A stretch of 64,000 bases of DNA, taken from contig JAAILG010000196.1 in NCBI GenBank assembly GCA_012026655.1, positions 1 through 64,000 of the forward strand, written 5' to 3'. The notes beneath the pieces are model-generated. The model saw nothing but the letters and a program-made list of their open reading frames with translations, was not told the DNA's origin and ran no database searches. How positions within the stretch are numbered: position 1 is the first letter of the stretch; every line of letters begins with the position of its first letter. The stretch comes from Hydrolagus affinis (taxonomy: Eukaryota). Below, piece after piece: positions 11,589-22,598 of the stretch. The position numbers were made by a program, and so were the translations under genes.

Positions 11589-11952
11589 GTGAGCAAAGGA
11601 CAGTATGTTCTGGGAAATGTGAACGTGTGTGTGTGTACATATAGTGAAAGAAACCTTAGCTGTAAATTTAGACAGTTTGGATAACATTCTAAAATATGAT
11701 GTTCAAATCCTATTTAATAAAATCAAGATAATTGATTTTTACTACAATAAACGGATTGTGTGAGGCGATCCTTGCACATGTTTTTGTGCTATTTTATGTG
11801 CCTCGCTGTTCCCTTTCAGGCCCCTCCGAACAGTCCTTCAGCAGGAACATTCCTCTGTCGGAAAGATTTGAACTTTGTGTACTCCAGCTACCAGACCATT
11901 GTTACGCCCACGTGTGTAAACCCACTCAGTGTAATATTTTTTATTGTTGCAG

Positions 11953-12114
11953 GAAAGGAATTTGATGAATCTATGGAATGTAATAATTTTGATGCGTGGC
12001 CTCTCAGTGCCGGATTCATTGTAAAAGTTCACCACCCTCTTTTGCTGGGAAATGACGGCAGCTCTGCCTTTTGCACAGACGGTGTGTTATACATGGAGAA
12101 GCCCATCGACATAG
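11953..12114 (+). CDS. KCTD19: KCTD19 exon
   Basis: ttgcag|GKEFDESMEC..GFIVKVHHPLLLGNDGSSAFCTDGVLYMEKPIDI|gtgcag; resembles the recalled GVILKVTHPPVVGSDG motif. An alternative strong acceptor lies at 11819. Confidence 0.75.
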
Positions 12115-13059
12115 GTGCAGTACGACAAATTCAGAAGACAAGCTTTAACCTTTTTTTCGGACGGATTATACCTCTGTATTCAGGGTGCTTTAAACCAGGC
12201 ACACATTTTACCCAGATCCATACAAAAAAAATGATATCACTTGATTGTAAGGATGTTCCCCCAGCACTTTACAAGTGGGAGCCTGAAATGGGAAGGGAAG
12301 TGAGAGATGGCAAGTGTGCTGAGGGCTTTAAAGGGGATTTCAGAAGAGTTCTCGGGCTGGGAGAAAAGTGTCTTGATAGCTTGTCCTCCAATGACAGGGA
12401 AGAGCAGATGGGAATTATGAAGCAGACTAGAGATGCTGGAGCGACCAGGGTTGTTGATGGTGGGGGATTGGAAGGACCACAGTCGATCTGATCTGTTGGG
12501 GTAGGACTAGAGGACTGGGAGAAGCCCAGTGTTGATGCAGGTTTGGATGGTCTAGAGTCTGATGGGTGGATCTGAGAAGGCATTTAGAGTTGCATATTTC
12601 TAAAAATCATTAAAGGCTGATCGGGGTTGAAAAATTTCAGACTTGCAGTTAAATTCTTGGGTCATAGTGTTAGTTGGCATGTGTCTCACTCACCAATCTT
12701 GCCGTGTCCACACAGTACAGGTTTTGAAATGTAAAGACCACACTGCGTACTCCCGTTGCAGTGATGGTTTGAAGATTCAGGACAGCGTCCAAAGAAAGCC
12801 AAGTTTTAGTTTGTTCATTGGCTAGAGAAGTTGTTTTAAATAGTTGTGGGAATAATAATAATAATAATAGTGTGATAGCAATGTTTTATGTGAGTTTAGG
12901 GCAAACCTGATGCTAAAACTGTTAACTCAGGAGCTTCTTTATACGGTGAAGCAATGGCCTTACATTGCAGCATAGAGTCAAACATTTGTTTGATTTGAAA
13001 CTAGGATACAGTAACTGTTTATGTTTTGTAATCTCACCTCACAATCTGTGTTTCCACAG

Positions 13060-13104
13060 CTGATGCACAATGTAATAATCACTCAGTGAGGAGCCAGATT
13101 ACTG
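13060..13104 (+). CDS. KCTD19: KCTD19 small 45-nt exon (predicted)
   Basis: tttccacag|ADAQCNNHSVRSQIT-G|gtatgt; good splice sites, phase 1 to 1, frame-preserving. Confidence 0.6.
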
Positions 13105-13504
13105 GTATGTTACTTCTTTGTCTCGTTTTCTTAATTGCCCTTAATGATCTGAAAACAAGTTTTATCTGTTCTCGTGTCTCATCCTTAAATGCAGCGTTCT
13201 TACTGTATTTAAGGTGTAAAAATCCCCTTTTTGTTAACAATCCTGATGTGCGTGTGTGTAGTGTTATCTGAGTACAGACAAGCAGCCTGCTCTCAGATCT
13301 CTGGGATTGACCCCAGCCTTTTGTTTGCCGTATGAGGTCTTTGCCTGTGCACAACTTTAATTCATGTGAGATTCAGAGTGGAAGAGAAAACTAAACCCCT
13401 TAAATCCTGTATTATATATATTTTTGCAATGCCAACAAGATGGATATTTGCCTCAATGTTTCAAAATAACCCTTGACAAAAGTACATTTTTCTTTCCTTT
13501 TCAG

Positions 13505-13659
13505 GCTTAGCTTCGCTCACGTTTAACTTGTCACACGAAGAAATATTTTACGCTCGTGAATGTCATCACTTTTTGACTGGCATCATCCTGGACTCCTACA
13601 CGTTGAAGGATCCTCAAAAGATTACCTGGGAAATTCTACACTTGGTGAACATTCTCTGG
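13505..13659 (+). CDS. KCTD19: KCTD19 exon
   Basis: tttcag|GLASLTFNLSHEEIFYARECHHFLTGIILDSYTLKDPQKITWEILHLVNILW|gtaaga; phase 1 to 0. Confidence 0.92.
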
Positions 13660-13732
13660 GTAAGAAACGTTGGCAATGTAACTGCCATTTGTTGAATGGG
13701 TGGTTGCAAAAAGTTCCATTTTATTTTCCCAG

Positions 13733-13834
13733 ACAAAACAGATACCACCCGAAAAATTTGTGACCAAATTGCTAAACATGAAGGCCTTCAGGAACCAAAA
13801 GCAAGCACACGAGAAGCTGGTAAAATGGGTGAAG
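13733..13834 (+). CDS. KCTD19: KCTD19 exon
   Basis: tcccag|TKQIPPEKFVTKLLNMKAFRNQKQAHEKLVKWVK|gtaaga; preceded by a 73-nt intron. Confidence 0.9.
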
Positions 13835-14321
13835 GTAAGAAATGAATGTCTGGATCAGAGAATGAAATGCAACTAAGCTTTGAATCCAAACCCCAGTTTG
13901 CTTGACACTGGGCTGGATTGCCCTCTGACAGTGAGTTCTCATTGAGGACTCGGCAGCCCTGAGAATACCTGTATTACTTCCGAACTACGTCAGAGTCAAT
14001 TATTTTGGTTGGATGTGGAGTTTTCACTGTGTATATTACTTGTGAACAGGAATTGTGGTTAGATATCAATATAGTGGCATCTGTAGATCACCTACAAAGT
14101 GTTGTCAATTCACAGTACATTCTGTGAAGCTTATCAAATACACGATAAGGCGCTGTATCAAAGGCAAAGATTATTACTATTATTAAATACATGAATCCCT
14201 CTAGTTGTTTAAGGATTCATTCAATGGCACTCGTGTCAATGATGTTTTAGAAAAATGTTCGCTTGCTTGCCTTGTATATTAAATAATTAGTCTAATAGAT
14301 TGCATTCTTTTGCTTTTCTAG

Positions 14322-14420
14322 TTGACTCTACCACTTGCTCAGAAGTACAGCCAATGCATGGAAATATTGTTGAAGAAAGGATATTATAAGTCGGTGTCAT
14401 TTTCAATGATAGGAAACTAA
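14322..14420 (+). CDS. KCTD19: KCTD19 last coding exon
   Basis: ttctag|LTLPLAQKYSQCMEILLKKGYYKSVSFSMIGN-TAA. Confidence 0.92.
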   Translation: MTLPLAQKYSQCMEILLKKGYYKSVSFSMIGN

Positions 14421-14923
14421 TTTCCAAATGTTGCTGTAGAATGTCCAAATGTCCAAAAATAACTAAATTATTAGTTAGATTTTAAAACTTAATCAATTGT
14501 ATTTAAAATGTCAGAATTGTTAATGTACAAACAGAAGCTGCAGTATGGATATTCGGGCTGTAAGACTGGTCAGTAACTGTGCTTTTTTTTTTACCACCAC
14601 AGAATCACTTGTAATGGAAAGCAAAATTAACTTTCTCTATTGACTAGTTTTCACAAGGCTGCCTTGTACACTGTGTGTGTAATTTTAGTTCTGGCCACAA
14701 GAGGGCCCTTAAGTGATAAATGAATTTGTCAGCAATGTTTACAAAAATATAATTATATTCCAATGTTAATGTTTGGATCAGAGGATAGATTATATGATAA
14801 AAGAACAAGATGTTTTTTAAAAAAATGTTATATATCAAATTTTAAGCAATACCAATAACATTTAGAAATTATGATAAATTTAGCAGTAAATGTTCCATTT
14901 TAAAAAACTGCACTAACTTTTTA

Positions 14924-14929
14924 AATAAA
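14924..14929 (+). terminator. Candidate KCTD19 polyadenylation signal
   Basis: AATAAA about 500 nt after the stop, followed by a GT/T-rich tract (gtgagtttgcttttctgtt). Confidence 0.5.
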
Positions 14930-16505
14930 TAATCCAGTGAGTTTGCTTTTCTGTTATGAATTTTTATTTAAACATTTTAACAACTTTAATCCTTTTTCTG
15001 AAAGATAACAACATGCTAAGTACTGTGCGGTGACCCCCCCCTATTCTTATGTGGCTCTCTCTACATACAGCTGGCTCGCTGAGTGAGTACAGATCTTGAT
15101 CAGCTGTTGGAACACTGGCAAACTTGTGAACCACCTGATTTGTAAGTCAACCTCCATTGTTCTCAACTCAGTTACAGAAAAGAACTCTAAATGTTCCATA
15201 TGTCTGATGTAGATGGCAGATAGCAAGTGAGGAAATGCAAATCGTTAACTACGTTTTTTTTCATTCAATCAAACAGCTCAAAGAATGTACAGATTAGTCT
15301 TATTTTGAAACAAAGCAGTTCACATTTATTAAATACTGAAAACTTAATATAGAGGAGAGTATATTAAAGTCAACAAAATAGGATGACAATACCAAGAATC
15401 CATCTTATTCTCGGTTTAATGCAGTCGGTACATTAACAGTGGCACTTCAGTGATTTCCCTGCTTTGCTAGTAATTAACATAGAAAAAAAATCATTTCTCT
15501 CCCCTGAAAAATCCAGCACCACTGGCACTAAACTATGTAATTATGTACATGTTTTACAGAACCAAAGAAAGATTTTTAATTAATTTATTTAGTGAGATGA
15601 ATGCACTAAGTTAAACGCTGAAATGGGAACAAAGCTCCTTTGTCTTCAGTAATTTGGTTAGTCTCACTTTTTGTTAATACTAGGGTTGCAGCTGATCGCT
15701 TAGCCAGTGACAAAACATGTCTAAATATGTAACATCAAATCTTGTTGAACAGTTATAAACTAATCCCACTAAACTTAACTACCTGCAGCTAAACAATAGT
15801 TAACTGTCAAAATCTAAGTAAACCGAATGGACTTTGATAAACTAAACAAGTTTCCACAGAAATGTTGAGTATTTACAGTCAAGATGATGAACAATAGGAA
15901 GAATCTTGTGTCATTTGCCAAATAGGAATATAAAAAACAATGTAGATGTGGGTTCTCTGAGCAGTCAGTCCAGGTACAGCAACCAATCAACCCTCTCCAG
16001 CGAGGCCTGGACTGCTCTTCAGTAGTTCTAATGGGTTGCAGTTGCTTTTCCAGTGATAAATGGAGCAGACAGGATCAAATCTGAGAAAAGCACAAATCTT
16101 ATTTGAATCAAAACACTTCATTTGTTGTATGTCAAGGTTAGGAAGTGAAATCTACACTTTTTTTTGGTTCAAACACTTTCCCCCCACCCCACCCCCCACT
16201 GTTAACCATGTTTTAACCCCCAACTTAAGAGAATCCTGTTTTCCCAGGCAGCTATTCCTGTTGGTATAAGAATGTCAATTTGACAGTTGGATCATATAGT
16301 CTGGTTTTGTTACAGGTAAAATTGGTCAGACCATAACACTGAAATGACTTGCACAAAGCTTGTCAGTATTAGTTTAAGATGATTTGAGTATCTTATTACT
16401 GTAATTTCAGCTTTCATTGTCATAGTTCAGAGGTCTAGGGTCACTTTAAGAGATGATGTAAATCAGGTTTGGATTCACATTAGCTGTGAAGTGAAAGGTT
16501 TCTAA

Positions 16506-16541
16506 TCAACCGTCACTCATTTCATCTCCTTGAATGGCTTG
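16506..16541 (-). CDS. PLEKHG4: Alternative candidate PLEKHG4 terminal exon QAIQGDEMSDG*
   Basis: ctatttctctatttag|CAAGCC..GGTTGA; good acceptor, in frame with the 17237 donor. Confidence 0.35.
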   Translation of the reverse strand, partial: QAIQGDEMSDG

Positions 16542-16754
16542 CTAAATAGAGAAATAGATCGGGCGGGGAAAGGCATTACAAATAAGGCCAATGTGATCAC
16601 CAAAATTAGTGCAAGTAAAGACAAATATGGCTCTGCAAGCAAACAGAATAAAATAAATACCATCAAAGCTTCTGCGGGTCAAAGACGAGAACTCAAAGCA
16701 AGAAAAGCAACACCCACTTACTTAATTAGGCAGGAGGACAGAGCATAGCAGCTC

Positions 16755-16799
16755 TTACACCATTGTGGATGGGCTAACGGTAATTTGATCAGATTTCTG
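16755..16799 (-). CDS. PLEKHG4: Candidate PLEKHG4 terminal coding exon (Q)KSDQITVSPSTMV*
   Basis: Pyrimidine tract with tandem acceptor ctttcctcag|cag|AAA, in frame with the 17237 donor; TAA at 16757-16755. Confidence 0.55.
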   Translation of the reverse strand, partial: QKSDQITVSPSTMV

Positions 16800-17236
16800 C
16801 TGAGGAAAGTACAGCGAGAGTTTAGAAAAAAGTAATTATTGACCAGCACCGAAAGGAGAGAAATGAGATCAGCTTTCTTGTTAACAGAGCTTATGCACAA
16901 GCTGTTTTCCACTGTGCACCTTGTGATATACTACAGTGAGGATTGGTTTAACAGCTCAACAGTATAGTTATTATAGCAACATTCATATGTAAGCAAACCT
17001 GAAAATGCTTTGCAGTTGCTTCGAGAGCTTGAGCTGGAGGAGAGGGAATGCACCTTAACCACTTTTTATTTTAACATTGGTTTTCTCCATTTAATCACTG
17101 GTTTCAAAGCAAAAATTAAAATGAACTATTCAATGATCTCTCATGGTGGCTTTGTGTCACAGACATTTGTATTAGTGATGAACAGTTGAAAAACACAGCC
17201 AAATCATCTTTACAATTGGAATCAAGTAAAACTTAC

Positions 17237-17463
17237 CGCTGAAATATACCGGCTGTTGGAGAATTGGGGCTTGTCCTCCAGTGGGGAAATGGTGCTGGAG
17301 CTGTGCCGGGAACCAGGGAGCGAATACGAGGCAGAGATATCGGATGGAGGGCCAGTCTCTTCTGACAGGTTTTCAGGAAGGAGACTAGATACACAGCCAC
17401 TGTCAGATCCACTGGAGCCACTGCCTGACATGCACTGGAATGAAGACTCTGAGCTCTCAGTTG
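17237..17463 (-). CDS. PLEKHG4: PLEKHG4 Ser-rich C-terminal exon (unspliced read-through ends VSFT* at 17222)
   Basis: ctccag|TTESSESSFQCMSGSGSSGSDSGCVSS..KPQFSNSRYISA|gtaagt. Confidence 0.87.
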
Positions 17464-18589
17464 CTGGAGAGGAATAGCGAGAATATTATTAATCAGCCAC
17501 ATTTGAAGAAGCTGTCCGAGAATATATTAATGCTTGTCAGGCAAAGTTCAAATTGCCCTTTTAAAGAAATACGGATGGTCACACAAATAATGCTAGTAAA
17601 GCCTATCAGATCTGAGTAGTCTCTTGTACTTCATAATTATTGCCATTCCTAAATGCATAAATACTTATTGATGTGCACACGGTTCCTTTTGCAGCTGTGA
17701 GTTGGATAAATGAGCTCATTTATTACACTGCTGCATACCACGATTGAAAAACTACCATAATGTGTCGTCTGTGACAATGGGGTGTACGAGAAACAGGGCA
17801 CCAGCCCTCCATATAAATGTACAGTTCTATGATATACATTACTAAGTGCAGTAAACTAGTCAGGCTCTTCTAACACCATCCTTTGTCATGTCAAAGGAAA
17901 GGAACTCTTGCTTTTTTTTTAAAAAAACCAATAAAACAATGAATGCCCCCATTTCAGATTCCAGCTACCTCTGATTTGCTGGGAACCTGTGGTGGTAATT
18001 ACAGAAATAAGCTGTGTACTTAACTTCAATAAAGGCAACCATTTTAGCCCACAACCCAATCCCAAACTAGAGTCTGGGCACTGCTTTGCAGAATGAAGCA
18101 AAATTAATTGTAGGGAAAACACTTCTAGCCTTTTCTCCTTAGAGACAGATAATCCATCGCAATATCCCAGTTGATTTGCATTCAAATAATAATATTCTGC
18201 ATACTTTGGATGTCACCTAGTTTTGCTTGTTTCAGAATTTTAGCTCCACAACCACCCTCCCTAAGAGCAAGGTTAAGAATATCTTATGGTCACCAAGTCT
18301 GACAATGTGCACTTGGAACAGGATTTCCTGTACATCAAAGTTGCTCTTCTTACGTGGAATTTCTCCAACAAAATCCGTATAATAATTTTAGCTCCCGTAA
18401 AGGTTACATGAAAGTTAACAGCACAGGACACAACCAGTCACTAAACATGGAAAGGTTGGACAAGAGTCAGATCTTGTAATCTGCCCTCAGAAAACATATA
18501 GAGGACTACAGTTTGACCCGAGTTAAAAGTTTTACTTTAAATATGACACGATGTTTACAGTGACAGTTATAAAGAGATGGAGCACTTAC

Positions 18590-18859
18590 TGATGGAAGGT
18601 TGACTACTTGTTTCATGTTCCAATTCATCCTCCTCAATGCAAGTGTTGGAGTCAAATGGCTGTCCACTGGCGAGTATGGAGTTCACTCCCGACAGCAGAG
18701 GCTGATTTGTGTACATGTGCAGGTTGAGAGGACCTAACAGTGAGGACGAGGATGGGCCACTGCCTGAAGGACTATTGGTTTTGTTAATGGCCTGGGTCCT
18801 CCTGAATGGATTTGTGTGATCAAATAACGACACTGCAATCGAAGCCCTGGTTCTTGCTC
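18590..18859 (-). CDS. PLEKHG4: PLEKHG4 exon
   Basis: ttacag|ARTRASIAVSLFDHTNPFRR..SSSSLLGPLNLHMY..CIEEDELEHETSSQPSI|gtaagt; phase 1 to 1. Confidence 0.9.
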
Positions 18860-19617
18860 CTGTAAGAATGTCAAACGTTCAATATTCTCAAGGTTTTATT
18901 TTAACACTCTTTCAAACAGAATACTGAATCTCTCTACATTTCTGAGAGGAACAGAATGAAAAAATGCATCTTAACACATTTACACTCATAAAACAGTACA
19001 CAATATATAAAAACTTGCTCATCTGTCATGGATTATTGAGATATTCATAGTCGCTCTGTGTTTTGGTTGCAAATCATCTCCATCAATTATGACATTTATC
19101 TAACCCTGAGCTAAATGTCAAACTTATATTCAGCTTTCCAAAGCACAAGAAATGCCATGATTGACTGAAATGGTAATGTGCTCGATTCTGACCTAAATAG
19201 GCATCTCTGATCTGTTGGGACTTTGCTGTGTATCTAGATGTACCTCCGACTTCATTTCATTTGTGTGCAATAAGCAAATGTTTGCTGCATTTAAACTGTA
19301 CAACTGCTTACCCAATTGAAAGGTTACTGCTCCAAAGTATATTTACCAACATTCATGTGAGAAATGCATTATTTCACAGTCGAAGCACATCAATTTGTCA
19401 GACTCTCTCTACAGTGTTTAATTTTATTCACATACAAAATCAGATGTGTCTGAGAGTAAAAGATTTTAAACACTCTACACATAGTCCTCATCTACAACAA
19501 AATAAATTCACAGCAAATGGTTCTATTTTATTAAGGTCCTGAAGGTTTAATGATGGTACTATTTGTCCACTGCTGTACTGATTTTCTAACCACGTCAAAA
19601 AGCTTCAGCACGCTTAC

Positions 19618-19734
19618 CTCTTCCTTTCATAATGTAGTCAATGGCACGGTCGTTGATAGCAGCCTCACTTGGTTTGATGTCCAGGAATGGCTTGTTACCA
19701 ACTCCCATTGATACCATTTCCTGCATTCGTACCT
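19618..19734 (-). CDS. PLEKHG4: PLEKHG4 exon
   Basis: tttcag|VRMQEMVSMGVGNKPFLDIKPSEAAINDRAIDYIMKGR-G|gtaagc. Confidence 0.93.
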
Positions 19735-19953
19735 CTGAAAGGGAGAGAGATATTCCTCACTGTCAGGCTGTGTAAGAAGTGCGAAATAAAGTCATACTCC
19801 ATTTTGTAAATAGTACAAAAAGGAATATTTCTCGAAATCACATTAATTATGTACAAATTAAAGAGTTCCAAAACTGCCTATTTAAGCTAAATATATTACA
19901 TTTCTTAGCTGAAGCATCAACTCAAAATAATAAACCTAATCAAATGTATTTAC

Positions 19954-20131
19954 CTTTATTTCTGGTAGCTTGTTGCCACAGAATCTTTGCAATGTCGTTT
20001 GCCCAGGCTAGTTTAACCTCCTGTGAACTTGCCTGCAGGATATACGTATCATTGGATTTCCGCCGACGAAACCAGATCTCAAAACGTAACCCACTTTCTC
20101 CAGATGTTTCTGTTAGACCGATGTCTGCTGT
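19954..20131 (-). CDS. PLEKHG4: PLEKHG4 exon, PH domain
   Basis: tcatag|[60 protein letters not shown]|gtaaat. Confidence 0.94.
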
Positions 20132-20449
20132 CTATGATATAGGAAGAATCTATCACATCACTCCTCATGTGCACAGGTTTAATAAAGCACGGGTTCAAGT
20201 AAGAGAAAATATCACAAAGATCTCAATTAGCTCATTGACCGAGATGCCAGTCAATTCTTCACACCACTTATCACTTGCCTTTATTTCTGCTCCGAACTCA
20301 AATGTGAATCTTAATTTTCTATTAAACTAAAGTAGATGAAACCTCATTACAAATACAGTATCACTGTGAGGCATATTGTTTCTACATTCTGCACAGCTAA
20401 AACTAAATTGCCATAAGTGTCAGGACACGCTTGCTATTAAACCCATGAA

Positions 20450-20622
20450 CTACCAGGGTGGTGGAAACAGATTCAATAACAACGTCCAACGTAGGTATAG
20501 GTACTTGAAAAGAAACATTTGCAAGGATATGGGGAAAGAGGGGCTGATTGGGTAGCTCTTCCAAAATGTCAGCACAGGCATTATGGGCTGAATGGCCTCC
20601 TTCTAGACAGTAATATTCTATG
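20450..20622 (+). mobile_element. CR1-type 3' end (degenerate)
   Basis: gcaaggatatgggga..gcacaggcattatgggctgaatggcctccttc..attctatga. Confidence 0.6.
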
Positions 20623-20666
20623 AGGTTAACTTACAGTGAGATTATTCAACATTTTCACAGCCTTAC

Positions 20667-20837
20667 TTTGAAGGAATGTTTATAGATATAGACGTCAAAC
20701 CCCCCATCGATTTTCTTGGGCTTGCTGAAGAGAACCAGATCTTCAAACAGAAAGACATGTCGCTGGTATTTCTTGCGTCCACACCAGATGATAAACTCGT
20801 CTTGGCGAACCAACTGCCCTTGTTCTTTTAGGTTCAC
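20667..20837 (-). CDS. PLEKHG4: PLEKHG4 exon, PH domain
   Basis: aaacag|VNLKEQGQLVRQDEFIIWCGRKKYQRHVFLFEDLVLFSKPKKIDGGFDVYIYKHSFK|gtaagg. Confidence 0.95.
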
Positions 20838-21313
20838 CTGTTTGAACAGAATTTAAATGACTTCATTTGATTAACATCTATTTATTCTGTGCCATCAGAC
20901 ACATCTTTCATTTCTAAATATTTCATTTAAAAACAATACTCTTGTTCTTCACTCTTTCCATTTCACAATTAATTGCTGAGCATTCAACCTCCACTTTCTG
21001 GAATCCTAAATTCCTGACACTATGTTTCTCCCACTTCAAGACCCTCTTGAAACAGATTTCATTTGAAAACTCTTCTGACCATGCTATTGATTAATATCCT
21101 TAAGCTTCCCCTGCTTTCTTCCCTGCTCAGGGAACCCAATAGTCTTTGTGAAGCAATTTGAATCATTCATCTTACAAGAAATGTGCTGAAAGATGCAAGT
21201 TGTTTTCAGTTTGGGTTTAATACTAACTCGATTTTCCGAACAATATCTCTGCGTTGTATAACTTAATCCACTAAACTATTTATCAGACCACCTGAAGCAA
21301 ACAAAATGCTTAC

Positions 21314-21538
21314 ATCACAATCCCTGATAGCGTCCATTGCCAAAAGGTCATTTCCATGTTGCAGCTGAAATTTAACCATTTCTTCTGCTGCTCTGAGGTA
21401 GTTCAGCTCCTGGTCCTGGGCTTCACTGCACTCCTTGATCAAATCCTTTAGTAAAAGAGCATATTTACTCATCCGCTGTATGGGTTTCAGTAGATAGGAA
21501 GCTAGATTCATCTTATCACCCAGTTGTAGTTGCTTGAA
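21314..21538 (-). CDS. PLEKHG4: PLEKHG4 exon, DH domain end
   Basis: ctttag|FKQLQLGDKMNLASYLLKPIQRMSKYALLLKDLIKEC..HGNDLLAMDAIRDCD|gtaagc. Confidence 0.95.
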
Positions 21539-21788
21539 CTAAAGAACAAAATGAGAGAAGAACAGGTCTCCTGAGAAGCAGTAAAGATACCAAACACCAT
21601 TTTAAGAGAACTAAACTATATTTAAAAAATTTATTATTAAAAAAAACATAAAAACATGTGTCCGAGAGAAACTGGCAAACCTAAGTCAAAGACTAGACTG
21701 ATTGCTCATATGAACTATCTTCTAAAATGTAAAATGATCAGTACCTCCAAAGCTGCATTAATGCCCCCACCCATAAGTTAAATTCATC

Positions 21789-21950
21789 AATAATAATTAC
21801 TGCATTATACTTTTCACGTTTTCTAGACGTCTCAAAACGCTTCACAGAATATACTGTAAAGTGAATTGACTATATTTATGGGCAAAACAAGGCAGCTAAT
21901 TGTGCACAGCAGTGTCCCACAAAGAGTCAGGGATTGAAGTGACTAATTTT
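21789..21950 (-). mobile_element. SINE core+tail fragment
   Basis: gacgtctcaaaacgcttcacagaatatactgtaaagtgaattgact..gcacagcagtgtcccacaaa. Confidence 0.85.
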
Positions 21951-22508
21951 TTTTGCAAATGTTGTAAAATATAAACAATTATTTTACAAAACATTTTCTA
22001 AGTGTGATTTTGCTAAGCGAATGCCTGTGCAGAGAAGAGCAAAAAAAGATAAAAGGTCAGAGAGGGCTCAAGTTGTTTTCAGGATAAAAAAGGATGGCCT
22101 TGATCTAGGTAATCTGAAATGTTGGCAAGACTGTTTGAACGTGACAATGGAATTAGGACGATAGATTTAAAACTAAAAATTCTGAAGCAATGAATTAGCT
22201 GGATTAGAGAATTATTAGTACGACAAACTTATGCACATTTCGAACAGATTTCATTTGACTCCAGTCAATAAGTCAATGGGAGCAGAAATTAATGCAGAGT
22301 GAAATGAAAACACATTTCATGGACCAAAACTATGTGGAAAATAGATGAATAACGAAAATAGATAAATTATTTGGTGTTTTTGCTCATTTTGAAACTGGAG
22401 AGAAGTACATTTTAGCGTAGCTTTTGCATGGAAGAAACAGCCTTGATAACTTTCCATTCCATCCTTTCTTAAATTCTGATGTTATAGGAATGGATATCCA
22501 ATGCTTAC

Positions 22509-22598
22509 CTTGAAGAAAGTGTTGCCAAGGCTGGCCAGCAGGGCATCTGATTTAGGTTTGTTCTTACTGTACAATGCATACATGCCAAACTGGTCTTG
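22509..22598 (-). CDS. PLEKHG4: PLEKHG4 exon, DH domain
   Basis: tttcag|QDQFGMYALYSKNKPKSDALLASLGNTFFK|gtaagc. Confidence 0.93.

Larger units (their letters stand above)
725..14420 (+). other. KCTD19: KCTD19 gene span (multi-BTB/POZ-domain protein), 16 traced coding exons
   Basis: Spliced exons give [79 protein letters not shown] and LTLPLAQKY, collinear with recalled vertebrate KCTD19. Phases agree at all junctions except 9800/11188. Confidence 0.95.

Noticed and set aside
11760-12491. 243-aa ORF as a standalone gene
   Set aside because: It is a KCTD19 exon (11953-12114) with open intronic flanks; the 3' part runs into purine-rich, probably repeat-derived sequence.
19779-20330. 183-aa + strand ORF
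   Set aside because: Antisense shadow of the PLEKHG4 PH-domain exon 19954-20131; no recognisable protein features.
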